A stretch of DNA of 64,000 bases from Sedimentibacter sp. (GTDB taxonomy: Bacteria; Bacillota; Clostridia; Tissierellales; Sedimentibacteraceae): the NCBI GenBank assembly GCA_032006665.1, contig DALZMP010000019.1, positions 16,518-80,517 of the forward strand, given 5' to 3'. The notes below the pieces were generated by a model that saw only the letters and a list, made by a program, of their open reading frames with translations, ran no database searches and was not told the DNA's origin. Below are positions 8,886-18,889 of the stretch, one piece after another (the first letter of the stretch is position 1; the number at the start of each line of letters is the position of its first letter). The position numbers and the translations under genes are program-made.

Positions 8886-11800
8886 ATGAGGAGTGATTTA
8901 ATGAATGCCACCGAAAATTTAAACAGTATAAATAAATACAAATTTAACATGCGCATACTTATCGGAATAATAGCCATATTGTTAATTGTGGCAACACTGT
9001 ATATGGTGTTTGCCGATAGTAGTGTCGTTCCAATAATAACTGAGGAAAATGGTGTTCCATACATGTATTTTGAACTTGAACATAACCTTTCTAATGCTCA
9101 ATATAAGTACTATGGTTATGGGTACACTGTAAGTGTATATGAACCTGGACCGAACGGAGCGTTATTAGCTACTGAATATCTACATAATGCTCAATTTAGT
9201 CCATACATGGATGGAAGTACTGAAAAAGTTTGGATTCCAATGCAAGAAATATATGATATGGTTAACCTTGATGATGAATTTTATTCAGTAAGAAATATGA
9301 AAGTTTATCTAAATGGTAGGCTTGGAATAAAGGTTAATGGTACATTAACATATTTATATGATAGTCATGAGGGAAACCCTGAAAATGGATTAAAAGAGAC
9401 AGGGTTACAGACTGGTTATTGGAAAGAAGATGGATTAACTGTTCCGTTAAATAAGGATGGACAAGGTATAGCAAATGGAATAAAGCATGAATATGGTGTT
9501 TCCTGGACTCCGATTACATATACAAATTTAAGGCAACATTTTGGAATTCCGCTAACAGTACCAGCTATATATAAATATGATAGGTATAGAGTTGAATACA
9601 GAGAAGTATCGTCTAAAAAAACAGTAAGCAGTGAAAAACCTTATAAAAACTTTGAAGATACAGCTACAATAACAGAATACCCGGTAATGGTTAATGGATA
9701 TGAGTATGCAGGACAGTACATGATAAAGAAAATAGATACGGATAATAATGAAGTTAATACAGACCCGTATGGAGATATTCAAGAAGGTGATAGTGCAACA
9801 ATAAACATTAAAAAGAATGCAGATAGGTATATAATTACTTTCTATTACACTAAAATAGATCCATCAACTATAGGAAATCCTGTAACGGTTAATATTGAAT
9901 ATAAGGAAGATGATTATAACGGAAAGAAATTACTAGATAGTACAACTACTATAGGTGGAGACCTTTCACAATTTAATTTTAATAGTGCAAAAATAGATGA
10001 GTATACTTGTAAAGGCTACTATGTAATAGGACAAGCTACAGAATATTTTTATAACACTAATGCAAGTTTCATTATAGGAAAAGAGGACTATGCTAAGCCA
10101 GTTGATGGTAAATTGAGAATAGTATTTATCTATGAAAAAACACCATATGTAAGCATACCAAAATGTAGCCCGTATGTATATGGTGATGCAGATACAGTAA
10201 ATATATCTATGAAGAAAAAAGACTTTGAAAATGCAACGGAAATAAGTGTAAACAATGCAGTTTTTAGAATAGAAAATTTTACAGCAGGAAAAGATGCAAA
10301 TGGTGATTCTGTAGAAGGAACACATGAATTTAATTACTTTGATTTATATATAGACAAATACAAATCTTCTTATGACAATAAGTCAAAAGAAATTTCACAG
10401 AGCTTTATAGTTCCTAAAAACATATTTACTCAATCAGCCACAGATACAAACCTATATACCACTTATATAGATGTAACATATGCTGCATTTTGCAAGTGTT
10501 TTGATGGTAAACCCGACAGTGATGGTGACAGAGGATGGGCAATTGATAATGGAAGTTTAAAAGTTAATATTAACCTTATAGTAAACAAACCGCCAGTAGC
10601 ATTATATACATACTACACATCAAAAAAACTTGAAGATGGTAGAATAGACAAATTGGCAAACATATATGTAGGAAAAGAAACAGTAATAGAAAACAGAGCA
10701 ACAGATCCAAATGGAAACACAGATATAAAAAAAGTTAAATATACATTGAAGGATAGTAATAGTAATCAATACTATGTAAATCTATTAATGTTGGGAAATG
10801 GAACATATTTTTTAGATGAAGATAATGTCAATGGAAAAAATATAGTATTTCAAGGCATTACAGATTATGGAGATTTAAAACTTAAATTTCTAACAAGCGA
10901 AGCATGGACAATTACTCAATATGTAGAGGATTTAGAAGGCTTAAACGATACATATGAAGGTATTATTAAACCTGAAGTTTTAAATTTAAACCCTATCGCA
11001 GTTTTAAAAGATAGTATTGAATATAGATACCCTTTAGGTGTTGAATTTAATGGAAAACAAAATAGAGTTATACAATTAAACAGTAAGGACTCCTATGTAT
11101 GTGACTATTTAAGGGGGACAGGAGTCACTATTAATCAAAACAGGGATTGTTGGGAGATAATACCTTTAGACGGACAATCTTTTGATAGTATCAAATTTGA
11201 ATATGATATAAATAGTCAAATAGTAGATGGAGTGCTACAGGTAAAATATACACCTTTAAATAACATAAAAATGATGTTTAAAGAAAAAGGAAGATACAAA
11301 TTTATGTTACAAGTATCAGATAGCGAAGGTAATGTATCAAATTGGACTGAACAAGTATTAACAATAAACGAAGATTTACCACCTATTGTTACAGCAGATG
11401 TAAATTCTAAATATTACAGAAATTCTAGTAAAAATGCAACAATTAGGTTTAATGCTCGAGCAACTTCAACTGATGATGATTTAACTGAAATAACAAATAT
11501 AGGATATAAATTTGATAGTAACAATAATGGTAGTTATACAGATGAAATTTTGCAAACAGCAAATTTATCTCATAAAGATGTTAATATCAATGGTATTTTA
11601 TATAAGGAAATTACTTTAACATCTTCTAAGGTAGGTAAATATCAGTTTATTATTAATGTTAAAGAAGATTTTAAACAAGAAACATTAGAGAATTATATAA
11701 ATGAACAAGATTATAAAACAGGAAGTACATATGTTGTTACAGAAATTGATAATACAGCTCCTATAGGTACATTGGGATTAGAAAAATATAATAACATTGA

Positions 11801-14800
11801 TGTAAAGGTATTAACCACTGGATTAACTGGTACAAGACAAGTTGATGTAGAGAATAATTTAAATAACCTAAAACTATGGTTAGAAAGTGAAAAAAATATA
11901 AAGGTAGGTGATATAGAATTATTGAACCTGGCTAATGAAAAAAATGGATTAACTAATGAAGATAGCTTAACATGGAGAAAGGTTGCAATGAACGGTTATG
12001 CAGATGACTATAAATTCAGATATGCAGAGATTGAAGGTGTAACTGATACAGGAGATCCTGAAACTGATCCTGAAAAGCCATTGGTAGGATTTTGGTATAA
12101 CATGTTACCAAACGGGGTATATGCTGATGGTTGGAGTGGAATACCTGTACCTGATTTATATTTAGGCGACAACTTAGGTGGAGTAGAGATAGAAAGTTTA
12201 AAATACAAAGATATAAATAAAACCTGGGGTAACAATTATCCAATTCGAATAGTAGAAAGAAACTATTATGACTTGAACTATTCCAATAATAATGTAAATA
12301 TAAGTATACATAATTCTACCATTTGGGGCACTCCTTATTCAGATGTAACGTTTTATTCTGCTATTTCAGATAAAAGGTTAAAGGATTTTGACATTGAGTT
12401 TGATTTAAATGTTTATCCTGTGACATATGGCGAAGATAGTATGGGGGACGCAGTATTTTTATTTAACGTGCAAGATAAAAATAATTATTTTGCGTACTCT
12501 GAAAAATATGAACGAAACTGGGAAGCAGGTAATAAAATTGCTGAAATTGTACAAATAAAAAATGGTGTATCAAAGATCCTTGAAGAATTTTACTACACAA
12601 GGAAGAAAAGTCATGGAGAATGGGAATATTATGATACTACTGTGTCTAGAATTAAGCAAGTAGGTAATTTGCTACAAGCATATGACGGCAATACTTTAGT
12701 TTTTGAAACAAATATAAATAGTATAGATGCGGGAGGTTATTTAGGAATATCTGCAAAAGATGGTTATACTTCAAGCAGTGTATATCTCGATATTAACAGT
12801 TTGGCGTATATAGAAAACAGTAGCATTGAAAATGCTTTGGATCAATTAAATTGGAATGGAAATTCAGATAAATATATTATTAATTTAGTTGAAGGTAATA
12901 AACTAACCGAGTTGGCAGATAATGAGCAGTTAAACAAAACAGCAGGTATATTACAAGGAAAAGAAATAAATTTAATCAATATAGGTGTAAATTCAGTTAA
13001 TGGAAATAAATTAAAAGAACTTATTTCTAAAAACCAAAATAATGGTACATATATAGAATTAAACAATGTATATAATAATTTAAATACTGCGGCTTCATAT
13101 ATAAGAAATAAATATAGTGGTTCTAGCACTGTGGATCAATATTTGTTATTAGGAAACACAATAAATTACAAAGAAAACTATTCAGACAATGAAAATGATC
13201 CTTTGTTTTCAAAAGCATTTAAATTTTATCATTTACCTACTTATTTTGAAAATAACTTAGGTACTATAAACAATAATAATGTTTGGGTACAAGAACCAAT
13301 AGAGACATTCAACAAAACTGGGAAGTACACTTTAAGTTATCAGGTTAGAGACAATCCCTTATATCCTGATATGAATATGTATAATTCATTTAATAGTTAC
13401 AGGAAATACAGCAGTTTATTTACACAAGATATCTATGTACATAGAAAACCTATAGCGTCATTCAGCATATCCGATTTTACTGCAAATGCATATAATCATT
13501 CATCCTTTTTTGAAGATTTTGAAGATGAAAATTATCTTTTAGAACCGGTGTTTACAAGATATGAAGGAAATGATGCATATCTACCAGGTAAAGTAAGGAA
13601 TGGCTATTTGTACCTAAAGGGTGCAAACAGATACGATAATGATTTTACATATAAGTATGGAGAAGTAAAAATTAATGTTCCTTCTTTTGCATTAAATGCA
13701 AAAGTTAATTTTTCCATTACCAATGAAAATGGTTGCGGATCTATAATTGTATATGTAATTGGAAGTTCCATTTCAAATACATACTATGCAAATGAAGATG
13801 TATCATATGAAATTCCATCTGGAAATCTTTCCTTACTGTTTATCATTCCAAAATACAACGGAACATTAGATAGACCAGAATTTCATATAAATGATATGGA
13901 ATTAAGCTATGATATTCCTAATGAAAATGCTTCAATTACAATAACGGAAAATTCATATGATCTTGATCATAAAAGCCGAAGTGATAAAGGTATTAATGAA
14001 TGGGAATGGAAGATAGTTGATAAAAACGGTGTTACAACAACCTATAATACTACAAACAGAACAAGCAGTATAAACTGGATTAAGAACACATTAAAATTAG
14101 GCGCCAAATGGTTCAATTCAACGGTACTTCTGAGGGTAAAAGACTTAGAGGGTACTTGGTCTGATTGGGACAATAGATATATAAAGGCTGGTGATGAAGG
14201 ATTAAGTAGTGGACAGAAACCGATTGCGAAATTTTTAATAGACAAAAATCCATTAATACTTAATACGGAGAAACAAACCATCACCGACACAAGCTATGAT
14301 TTAAATGGACTTGCATTAACTAATGCCTGGACAGTAAAAAAAGAAGGCATTAAATTGTTTACAAGTATTGAGAAGAATATCAGTGATGAATTAAATAACT
14401 ATATCTCAGAAAATGGTTATGGTAAATATGAAATTTCATTAATTGTTAAAAATACAAAGGAAATATATAGTGATGAAGTAACTAAAAGCTTTGATGTTAC
14501 AGTTTTTAATCAGGCTCCGACTACGGACTTTAACTTAGTAAGTAATGAAAACCCTATATGGACATTTCCTAAAACATTAGGGTTATACACATTAAGATAT
14601 AGACCAACAAATACTCTGTTTCATGAAGAATATGCAAGGTTTGACACAAATGTTAATGATCCAAATACAGATAATACAGGCTTTATATATAACTGGAGAT
14701 TAGAGAGATTTGCTGTTAAAGATATAAATAATATATCAGGTGCAGCAACAAACACATACAACTATACAACGCAATTTCCGTTTGCAAATAGTTTTAAAAA

Positions 14801-15653
14801 TCAAGGACTAAGTTGGGGGGCATATAGAATCACATTAAAAGTAACAGATAAGCCACCAATACCACCTTATGCGAGTACAGATGCAAAATCTGCGCAGATA
14901 ACTAAATCTTATTATATAGTACCTGAAATAAGCCTTGTAGGAAGTTTAGAAAGTGATAAGAGTGAAATAATGATCGGAGATTCTATTAAGTTGAAAGCGA
15001 AGACCAGTAAAATGGCTAATACTGTTGGCTGTAACTTAAATGGAACAGGTTATGCATTAAGCAAGGTATCTGAAGACAGTAATTATGCCTACTGGGAAAA
15101 AAATATAACCATACCAGATAGTATAACCGAAAGTGGAACTTATCAGTTACAGTTTGTAGGTAAAACAACGTATGGCGGTAACGGTAATATTACAAGAGAA
15201 GTAAAAGACAATGTACCTATTGATATTGTAGCTCTAAAGCTTATAAACTTTAGAATAACGAATATAGTTAATCATCCATATATAACATTCCCTTACACTA
15301 AAGATATGCTTTTAAGTGCTTTAATACCGTATAAGACAGGGTATTATGTAACATTTCAAATTGACAGCAAGGGTAAGCCTGACAATGTGTATGGAAGAAT
15401 AGACATAGGTAACAATGGACCAATAGACCAAAATATAAGCATGACAAAAGTTATAACAGGAGACACGGAAACATGGCAGGGAAGGTTTTATTCTTCAGCT
15501 CACTTGCCAGTAAATACAATTATATGTATTAAGCTTGATTGTTCAAAAGGTTCTGTAACTTATAATTACAATGAGAAAGAAAGTTGGGATGGCAGAAGCT
15601 TAATTACAGAAGGTAGTGCTCTCCAAGATGGTAGAGTGAATTTAACAAATTAA
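8886..15653 (+). CDS. Giant (2255 aa) exported beta-rich protein with PKD/Ig-like repeats, putative adhesin
   Basis: N-terminal hydrophobic segment; recurring NxxPxAxF, G.Y.I.L.V.D and SYD motifs; lies within the Tad locus. Confidence 0.7.
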   Translation: MRSDLMNATENLNSINKYKFNMRILIGIIAILLIVATLYMVFADSSVVPIITEENGVPYMYFELEHNLSNAQYKYYGYGYTVSVYEPGPNGALLATEYLHNAQFSPYMDGSTEKVWIPMQEIYDMVNLDDEFYSVRNMKVYLNGRLGIKVNGTLTYLYDSHEGNPENGLKETGLQTGYWKEDGLTVPLNKDGQGIANGIKHEYGVSWTPITYTNLRQHFGIPLTVPAIYKYDRYRVEYREVSSKKTVSSEKPYKNFEDTATITEYPVMVNGYEYAGQYMIKKIDTDNNEVNTDPYGDIQEGDSATINIKKNADRYIITFYYTKIDPSTIGNPVTVNIEYKEDDYNGKKLLDSTTTIGGDLSQFNFNSAKIDEYTCKGYYVIGQATEYFYNTNASFIIGKEDYAKPVDGKLRIVFIYEKTPYVSIPKCSPYVYGDADTVNISMKKKDFENATEISVNNAVFRIENFTAGKDANGDSVEGTHEFNYFDLYIDKYKSSYDNKSKEISQSFIVPKNIFTQSATDTNLYTTYIDVTYAAFCKCFDGKPDSDGDRGWAIDNGSLKVNINLIVNKPPVALYTYYTSKKLEDGRIDKLANIYVGKETVIENRATDPNGNTDIKKVKYTLKDSNSNQYYVNLLMLGNGTYFLDEDNVNGKNIVFQGITDYGDLKLKFLTSEAWTITQYVEDLEGLNDTYEGIIKPEVLNLNPIAVLKDSIEYRYPLGVEFNGKQNRVIQLNSKDSYVCDYLRGTGVTINQNRDCWEIIPLDGQSFDSIKFEYDINSQIVDGVLQVKYTPLNNIKMMFKEKGRYKFMLQVSDSEGNVSNWTEQVLTINEDLPPIVTADVNSKYYRNSSKNATIRFNARATSTDDDLTEITNIGYKFDSNNNGSYTDEILQTANLSHKDVNINGILYKEITLTSSKVGKYQFIINVKEDFKQETLENYINEQDYKTGSTYVVTEIDNTAPIGTLGLEKYNNIDVKVLTTGLTGTRQVDVENNLNNLKLWLESEKNIKVGDIELLNLANEKNGLTNEDSLTWRKVAMNGYADDYKFRYAEIEGVTDTGDPETDPEKPLVGFWYNMLPNGVYADGWSGIPVPDLYLGDNLGGVEIESLKYKDINKTWGNNYPIRIVERNYYDLNYSNNNVNISIHNSTIWGTPYSDVTFYSAISDKRLKDFDIEFDLNVYPVTYGEDSMGDAVFLFNVQDKNNYFAYSEKYERNWEAGNKIAEIVQIKNGVSKILEEFYYTRKKSHGEWEYYDTTVSRIKQVGNLLQAYDGNTLVFETNINSIDAGGYLGISAKDGYTSSSVYLDINSLAYIENSSIENALDQLNWNGNSDKYIINLVEGNKLTELADNEQLNKTAGILQGKEINLINIGVNSVNGNKLKELISKNQNNGTYIELNNVYNNLNTAASYIRNKYSGSSTVDQYLLLGNTINYKENYSDNENDPLFSKAFKFYHLPTYFENNLGTINNNNVWVQEPIETFNKTGKYTLSYQVRDNPLYPDMNMYNSFNSYRKYSSLFTQDIYVHRKPIASFSISDFTANAYNHSSFFEDFEDENYLLEPVFTRYEGNDAYLPGKVRNGYLYLKGANRYDNDFTYKYGEVKINVPSFALNAKVNFSITNENGCGSIIVYVIGSSISNTYYANEDVSYEIPSGNLSLLFIIPKYNGTLDRPEFHINDMELSYDIPNENASITITENSYDLDHKSRSDKGINEWEWKIVDKNGVTTTYNTTNRTSSINWIKNTLKLGAKWFNSTVLLRVKDLEGTWSDWDNRYIKAGDEGLSSGQKPIAKFLIDKNPLILNTEKQTITDTSYDLNGLALTNAWTVKKEGIKLFTSIEKNISDELNNYISENGYGKYEISLIVKNTKEIYSDEVTKSFDVTVFNQAPTTDFNLVSNENPIWTFPKTLGLYTLRYRPTNTLFHEEYARFDTNVNDPNTDNTGFIYNWRLERFAVKDINNISGAATNTYNYTTQFPFANSFKNQGLSWGAYRITLKVTDKPPIPPYASTDAKSAQITKSYYIVPEISLVGSLESDKSEIMIGDSIKLKAKTSKMANTVGCNLNGTGYALSKVSEDSNYAYWEKNITIPDSITESGTYQLQFVGKTTYGGNGNITREVKDNVPIDIVALKLINFRITNIVNHPYITFPYTKDMLLSALIPYKTGYYVTFQIDSKGKPDNVYGRIDIGNNGPIDQNISMTKVITGDTETWQGRFYSSAHLPVNTIICIKLDCSKGSVTYNYNEKESWDGRSLITEGSALQDGRVNLTN

Positions 15654-15657
15654 CAAT

Positions 15658-15688
15658 ATTAAGAGAGGCATTGAATGTCTCTCTTAAT
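15658..15688 (+). terminator. Stem-loop after the giant gene
   Basis: ATTAAGAGAGGCA-TTGAA-TGTCTCTCTTAAT. Confidence 0.6.
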
Positions 15689-15703
15689 CATTTGGGAGGC
15701 AAA

Positions 15704-15844
15704 ATGAGCATTTTTTTTAATAAAGCCAATAAAGCAAACACAATTTACGAACCATTTATAAGCGTACATTTTACTTATTTAGGTATTTCGGTTGCAGTTT
15801 TAATTGCAGCTATTTTAATTGTAACATTTAATAGAATAAAATAA
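15704..15844 (+). CDS. Small membrane peptide (46 aa); not in ORF track
   Basis: GGAGG RBS; MSIFFNKANKANTIYEPFISVHFTYLGISVAVLIAAILIVTFNRIK. Confidence 0.6.
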   Translation: MSIFFNKANKANTIYEPFISVHFTYLGISVAVLIAAILIVTFNRIK

Positions 15845-15867
15845 ATATATAAAGAAAGAAGGCAAAT

Positions 15868-16737
15868 ATGAATATAATAGAAACTAAAATAAAAATTGAG
15901 GAAGTAAATAAATTATTAATATCATACGATGAATTAGATTTCAACAAGATAAGAGAAACTAAAAAAAAGATTGTATCAATTTGGAGTACAGATACTGATG
16001 AAGAAATTAAATCCGAAGGTAATAAGGACAAGTTAAATGAAAATATAGGTAGGTATATAGAAGATGATTCAAATTTAGATGAATATATAAAATATGATTA
16101 TATTGAAACCTGGCTTGAATTCAAAAATGCATTTATAGAAAAGGATAAATTGACTGAATTTACAAACCAATTATTATATGACTGCAATACTGATAAAATA
16201 TTAATTTTAATGGCAAATACAATAAAGTGTAATTTTATTACAATAGATAAGTATTCTCAAAAATGGTTAGATAAGCTAGAATATTTAGATACCAATTGCG
16301 ATTTAATTCTCAATGTTCCTAAACAAATAATAAAGGAAATAATTAATACTATAGTAAATTATAAAATAGAAAATACAGTAGAAAATAAGGAGTCGGATGA
16401 AATACATGACTTGTTGATAGAAATGATAAATGAAGTAGAAAATGATATGAAAATTTATGAGGTTAAAAAAATAGCTTTCTGGAAAAGAAATAATTTATTA
16501 ACTCCAAAATTATCATATAGAACAAGTGAACTCTTAGATTATATGTATATCAAAACCAATAAAGATATTAAAAGGTTAGTAGCAGTAAAACTCTTAGAAG
16601 AATGTTTTAGTCAATGCACTCGAACAGTTGTATATTATATTAATTTATATGATTTGAAAGCAATTATATATAGACATAAGGAGGAAAAAATATGGTGTAT
16701 ACAGCTTGCAAATATTGCAAAAGCTGCATTATTTTAA
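15868..16737 (+). CDS. Hypothetical protein
   Basis: 289-aa ORF, no recognised motif. Confidence 0.65.
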   Translation: MNIIETKIKIEEVNKLLISYDELDFNKIRETKKKIVSIWSTDTDEEIKSEGNKDKLNENIGRYIEDDSNLDEYIKYDYIETWLEFKNAFIEKDKLTEFTNQLLYDCNTDKILILMANTIKCNFITIDKYSQKWLDKLEYLDTNCDLILNVPKQIIKEIINTIVNYKIENTVENKESDEIHDLLIEMINEVENDMKIYEVKKIAFWKRNNLLTPKLSYRTSELLDYMYIKTNKDIKRLVAVKLLEECFSQCTRTVVYYINLYDLKAIIYRHKEEKIWCIQLANIAKAALF

Positions 16738-16763
16738 TTTAATGAAAGGAAGAAAAACAATTT

Positions 16764-16895
16764 ATGAATTTATTTATAGATGTATTAAATAAGGCTGATC
16801 CAGTTATTAGATTTACGATGGAAGTTAAATGTTCCACAATATTAATTATGGCTTGTGTTGGGGTACTTTTATTTTTTGCGCTGAAACATATATAA
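16764..16895 (+). CDS. Small membrane peptide (43 aa); not in ORF track
   Basis: MNLFIDVLNKADPVIRFTMEVKCSTILIMACVGVLLFFALKHI; AAGGAAG upstream. Confidence 0.5.
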   Translation: MNLFIDVLNKADPVIRFTMEVKCSTILIMACVGVLLFFALKHI

Positions 16896-16993
16896 ATAAA
16901 AAATTATATATTAAAAACTAATTAATATATTTTAAAATAATACTATGGAAATAAATGGTTTTATATGATAACATATAATTAATTCGTTTTAGG

Positions 16994-17612
16994 ATGGTGA
17001 ATATGAAAGTAAATAAAATTAAAAAGCTATTATGGAGATTATGGAACACTATTGTGTATTATACAACAATCACTATATTATCATTAATTCCTTTTATTCC
17101 GGAAATTATATTATTAGTTATTTGGTATTATTATTGCAAAAATATTTCTATAATTTTACCACTTGTTATTATTATAATGAAAAGCGTGTTAATATTAAAA
17201 GAAAAAATTATCACAAAAAGATTAAATGATTATTTTATTATGTATGATATAAAATGGCTCAACCTATATTTAATTTTTCAGCAAGTTAACAAAAAAGAAA
17301 TTAAGAAGAAGAGTTGTGAATTGAAGTATGAAGAATTGAAAAATATGTCAGAAAATTTTGATATTAGCTTATTAAAACCACAAAGAAATTATATAACAAT
17401 TACACATGGCACAATTATAAAAGGTTTAAAGAAAATAAAAGGTATAGAAATTCAAAGAGAAATTTATTTATTCTCTAAAAATTTGGACAAACTGCAATTT
17501 CAAATTTTTTTTATGTAAGAATACTAGAAATAAATGTTTAATAAGAAGAACTGGTAAAATGGAAAGAAAGTTTTACTATGTACATTTTAAATCTTATGAA
17601 GGAGTTGAATAA
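16994..17612 (+). pseudogene. Membrane protein, apparently frameshifted at a T8 run (annotated stop 17518, restored stop 17612)
   Basis: Removing one T from 17505-17512 extends the frame to a TAA abutting the next start codon. Confidence 0.55.
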
Positions 17613-18056
17613 TTGCAAGCAATAATATTTATCATAACAATATTGCTACTTATTAAAATATCACACATAGATTTCAAACAAAAAATAATTCCTGACAAGC
17701 TAAACTTAATAATGGTTTTGTTGGGAATTTTTAATTTAATAATAAATTTAGAAAACTGTAAAGAATATATCGCATCAGCGAGTATATCATTTACAGTTTT
17801 TTTATTAATGGCGATAATAACCGATGGAGGAATTGGAGGTGGAGATATAAAACTTTTAACAGCCTTAAGCTTGATATTTGGTACAAACATTTTAGATATT
17901 GTAGCAATAACATTTACATCTGCAACAATTATTTTAATACCAGGGCTAATTTCAAAGCGAATAAATACAAAAGCAAATGTAGCATTAGCACCTTATATTT
18001 GCTTTGGAGTAATAATTATATCAATGATATTAATATGGAAAGGACAAATAACATGA
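17613..18056 (+). CDS. Prepilin peptidase (A24 family, TadV/CpaA-like)
   Basis: IDFKQKIIPD and GGIGGGDIKLL aspartic motifs, multi-TM, ALAPYI. Confidence 0.9.
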   Translation: MQAIIFIITILLLIKISHIDFKQKIIPDKLNLIMVLLGIFNLIINLENCKEYIASASISFTVFLLMAIITDGGIGGGDIKLLTALSLIFGTNILDIVAITFTSATIILIPGLISKRINTKANVALAPYICFGVIIISMILIWKGQIT

Positions 18057-18069
18057 ATGGAGAAAATGA

Positions 18070-18291
18070 ATGTCAATTACAATTAATGATATTAGAAAAA
18101 TATTTCTAGATACAAATAAAAAATATATGGTCAAGAATGATTCGAATTTAAGAAGGATTGAATGTTGTTTAACACAGCAAACAGACTTTCTTTTTATTTT
18201 TACTTGCATCCAAGAATCAAATGTGAAAAGTAAGATATGCATAAGTAAAATTGACTACTATCTTAACCATAATTTAATAAAAGAAATATGA
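18070..18291 (+). CDS. Hypothetical protein
   Basis: 73-aa ORF with GGAG RBS. Confidence 0.5.
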   Translation: MSITINDIRKIFLDTNKKYMVKNDSNLRRIECCLTQQTDFLFIFTCIQESNVKSKICISKIDYYLNHNLIKEI

Positions 18292-18409
18292 GGAGGGTGT
18301 TGTTAAAATAAAAATAGATACTGAAATGAAGAATGACAAAATAATAAAATCGGCAAAGATTAAGGTTGAAAGACAGTGGTGTCTTTCTTTTTTTCTTTCA
18401 GAAAGCCGA

Positions 18410-18487
18410 TATACTTAAAACTCTGTTTTGAGTATAGCAAGCAGTGGAAGTGGCTATCCACTTCCGAATTTTAGGGGATACCCCTAA
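18410..18487. other. Putative origin of transfer (oriT)
   Basis: Three hairpins (TATACTTAAAAC/GTTTTGAGTATA, GGAAGTGG/CCACTTCC, TTAGGGG/CCCCTAA) and minus-strand TGCTTGC nic-like core directly upstream of mobC-relaxase. Confidence 0.7.
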
Positions 18488-18541
18488 GACCCTAGAATAT
18501 AAATTCAATCATTTAATTTGAAAAATGGTGGTGGTGATACT

Positions 18542-18886
18542 GTGAAAAACAGAAGAAGAAATAAGCAAATTATAGTAAGAACTACAGAAGAAGAGTATTT
18601 AAAAATCATGGAAAAAGTAAAAGTATCAGAAATGACAATGAATAGATTTTTTATAAATGCTGCATTAAGGAAAGAAATAATTGTATTTAATTTTGAAAGT
18701 TTATTCGAACTGTCAGCTCAAGTTAGCCGAATAGGAAATAACATTAATCAAATTGCTAGGAAATTAAATCAAGGCGGATTATCTAATAAAAATGAAATGG
18801 ATTTTCTAAAAGATTCACTAACAAATATTAATATTGTTATGTTGCAAATATATCATGATATTAAAGAATTACAGGATAAAGAATAA
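18542..18886 (+). CDS. mobC: MobC relaxosome accessory protein
   Basis: RHH-like N-terminus and SRIGNNINQIARKLN motif. Confidence 0.92.
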   Translation: MKNRRRNKQIIVRTTEEEYLKIMEKVKVSEMTMNRFFINAALRKEIIVFNFESLFELSAQVSRIGNNINQIARKLNQGGLSNKNEMDFLKDSLTNINIVMLQIYHDIKELQDKE

Positions 18887-18889
18887 AAT

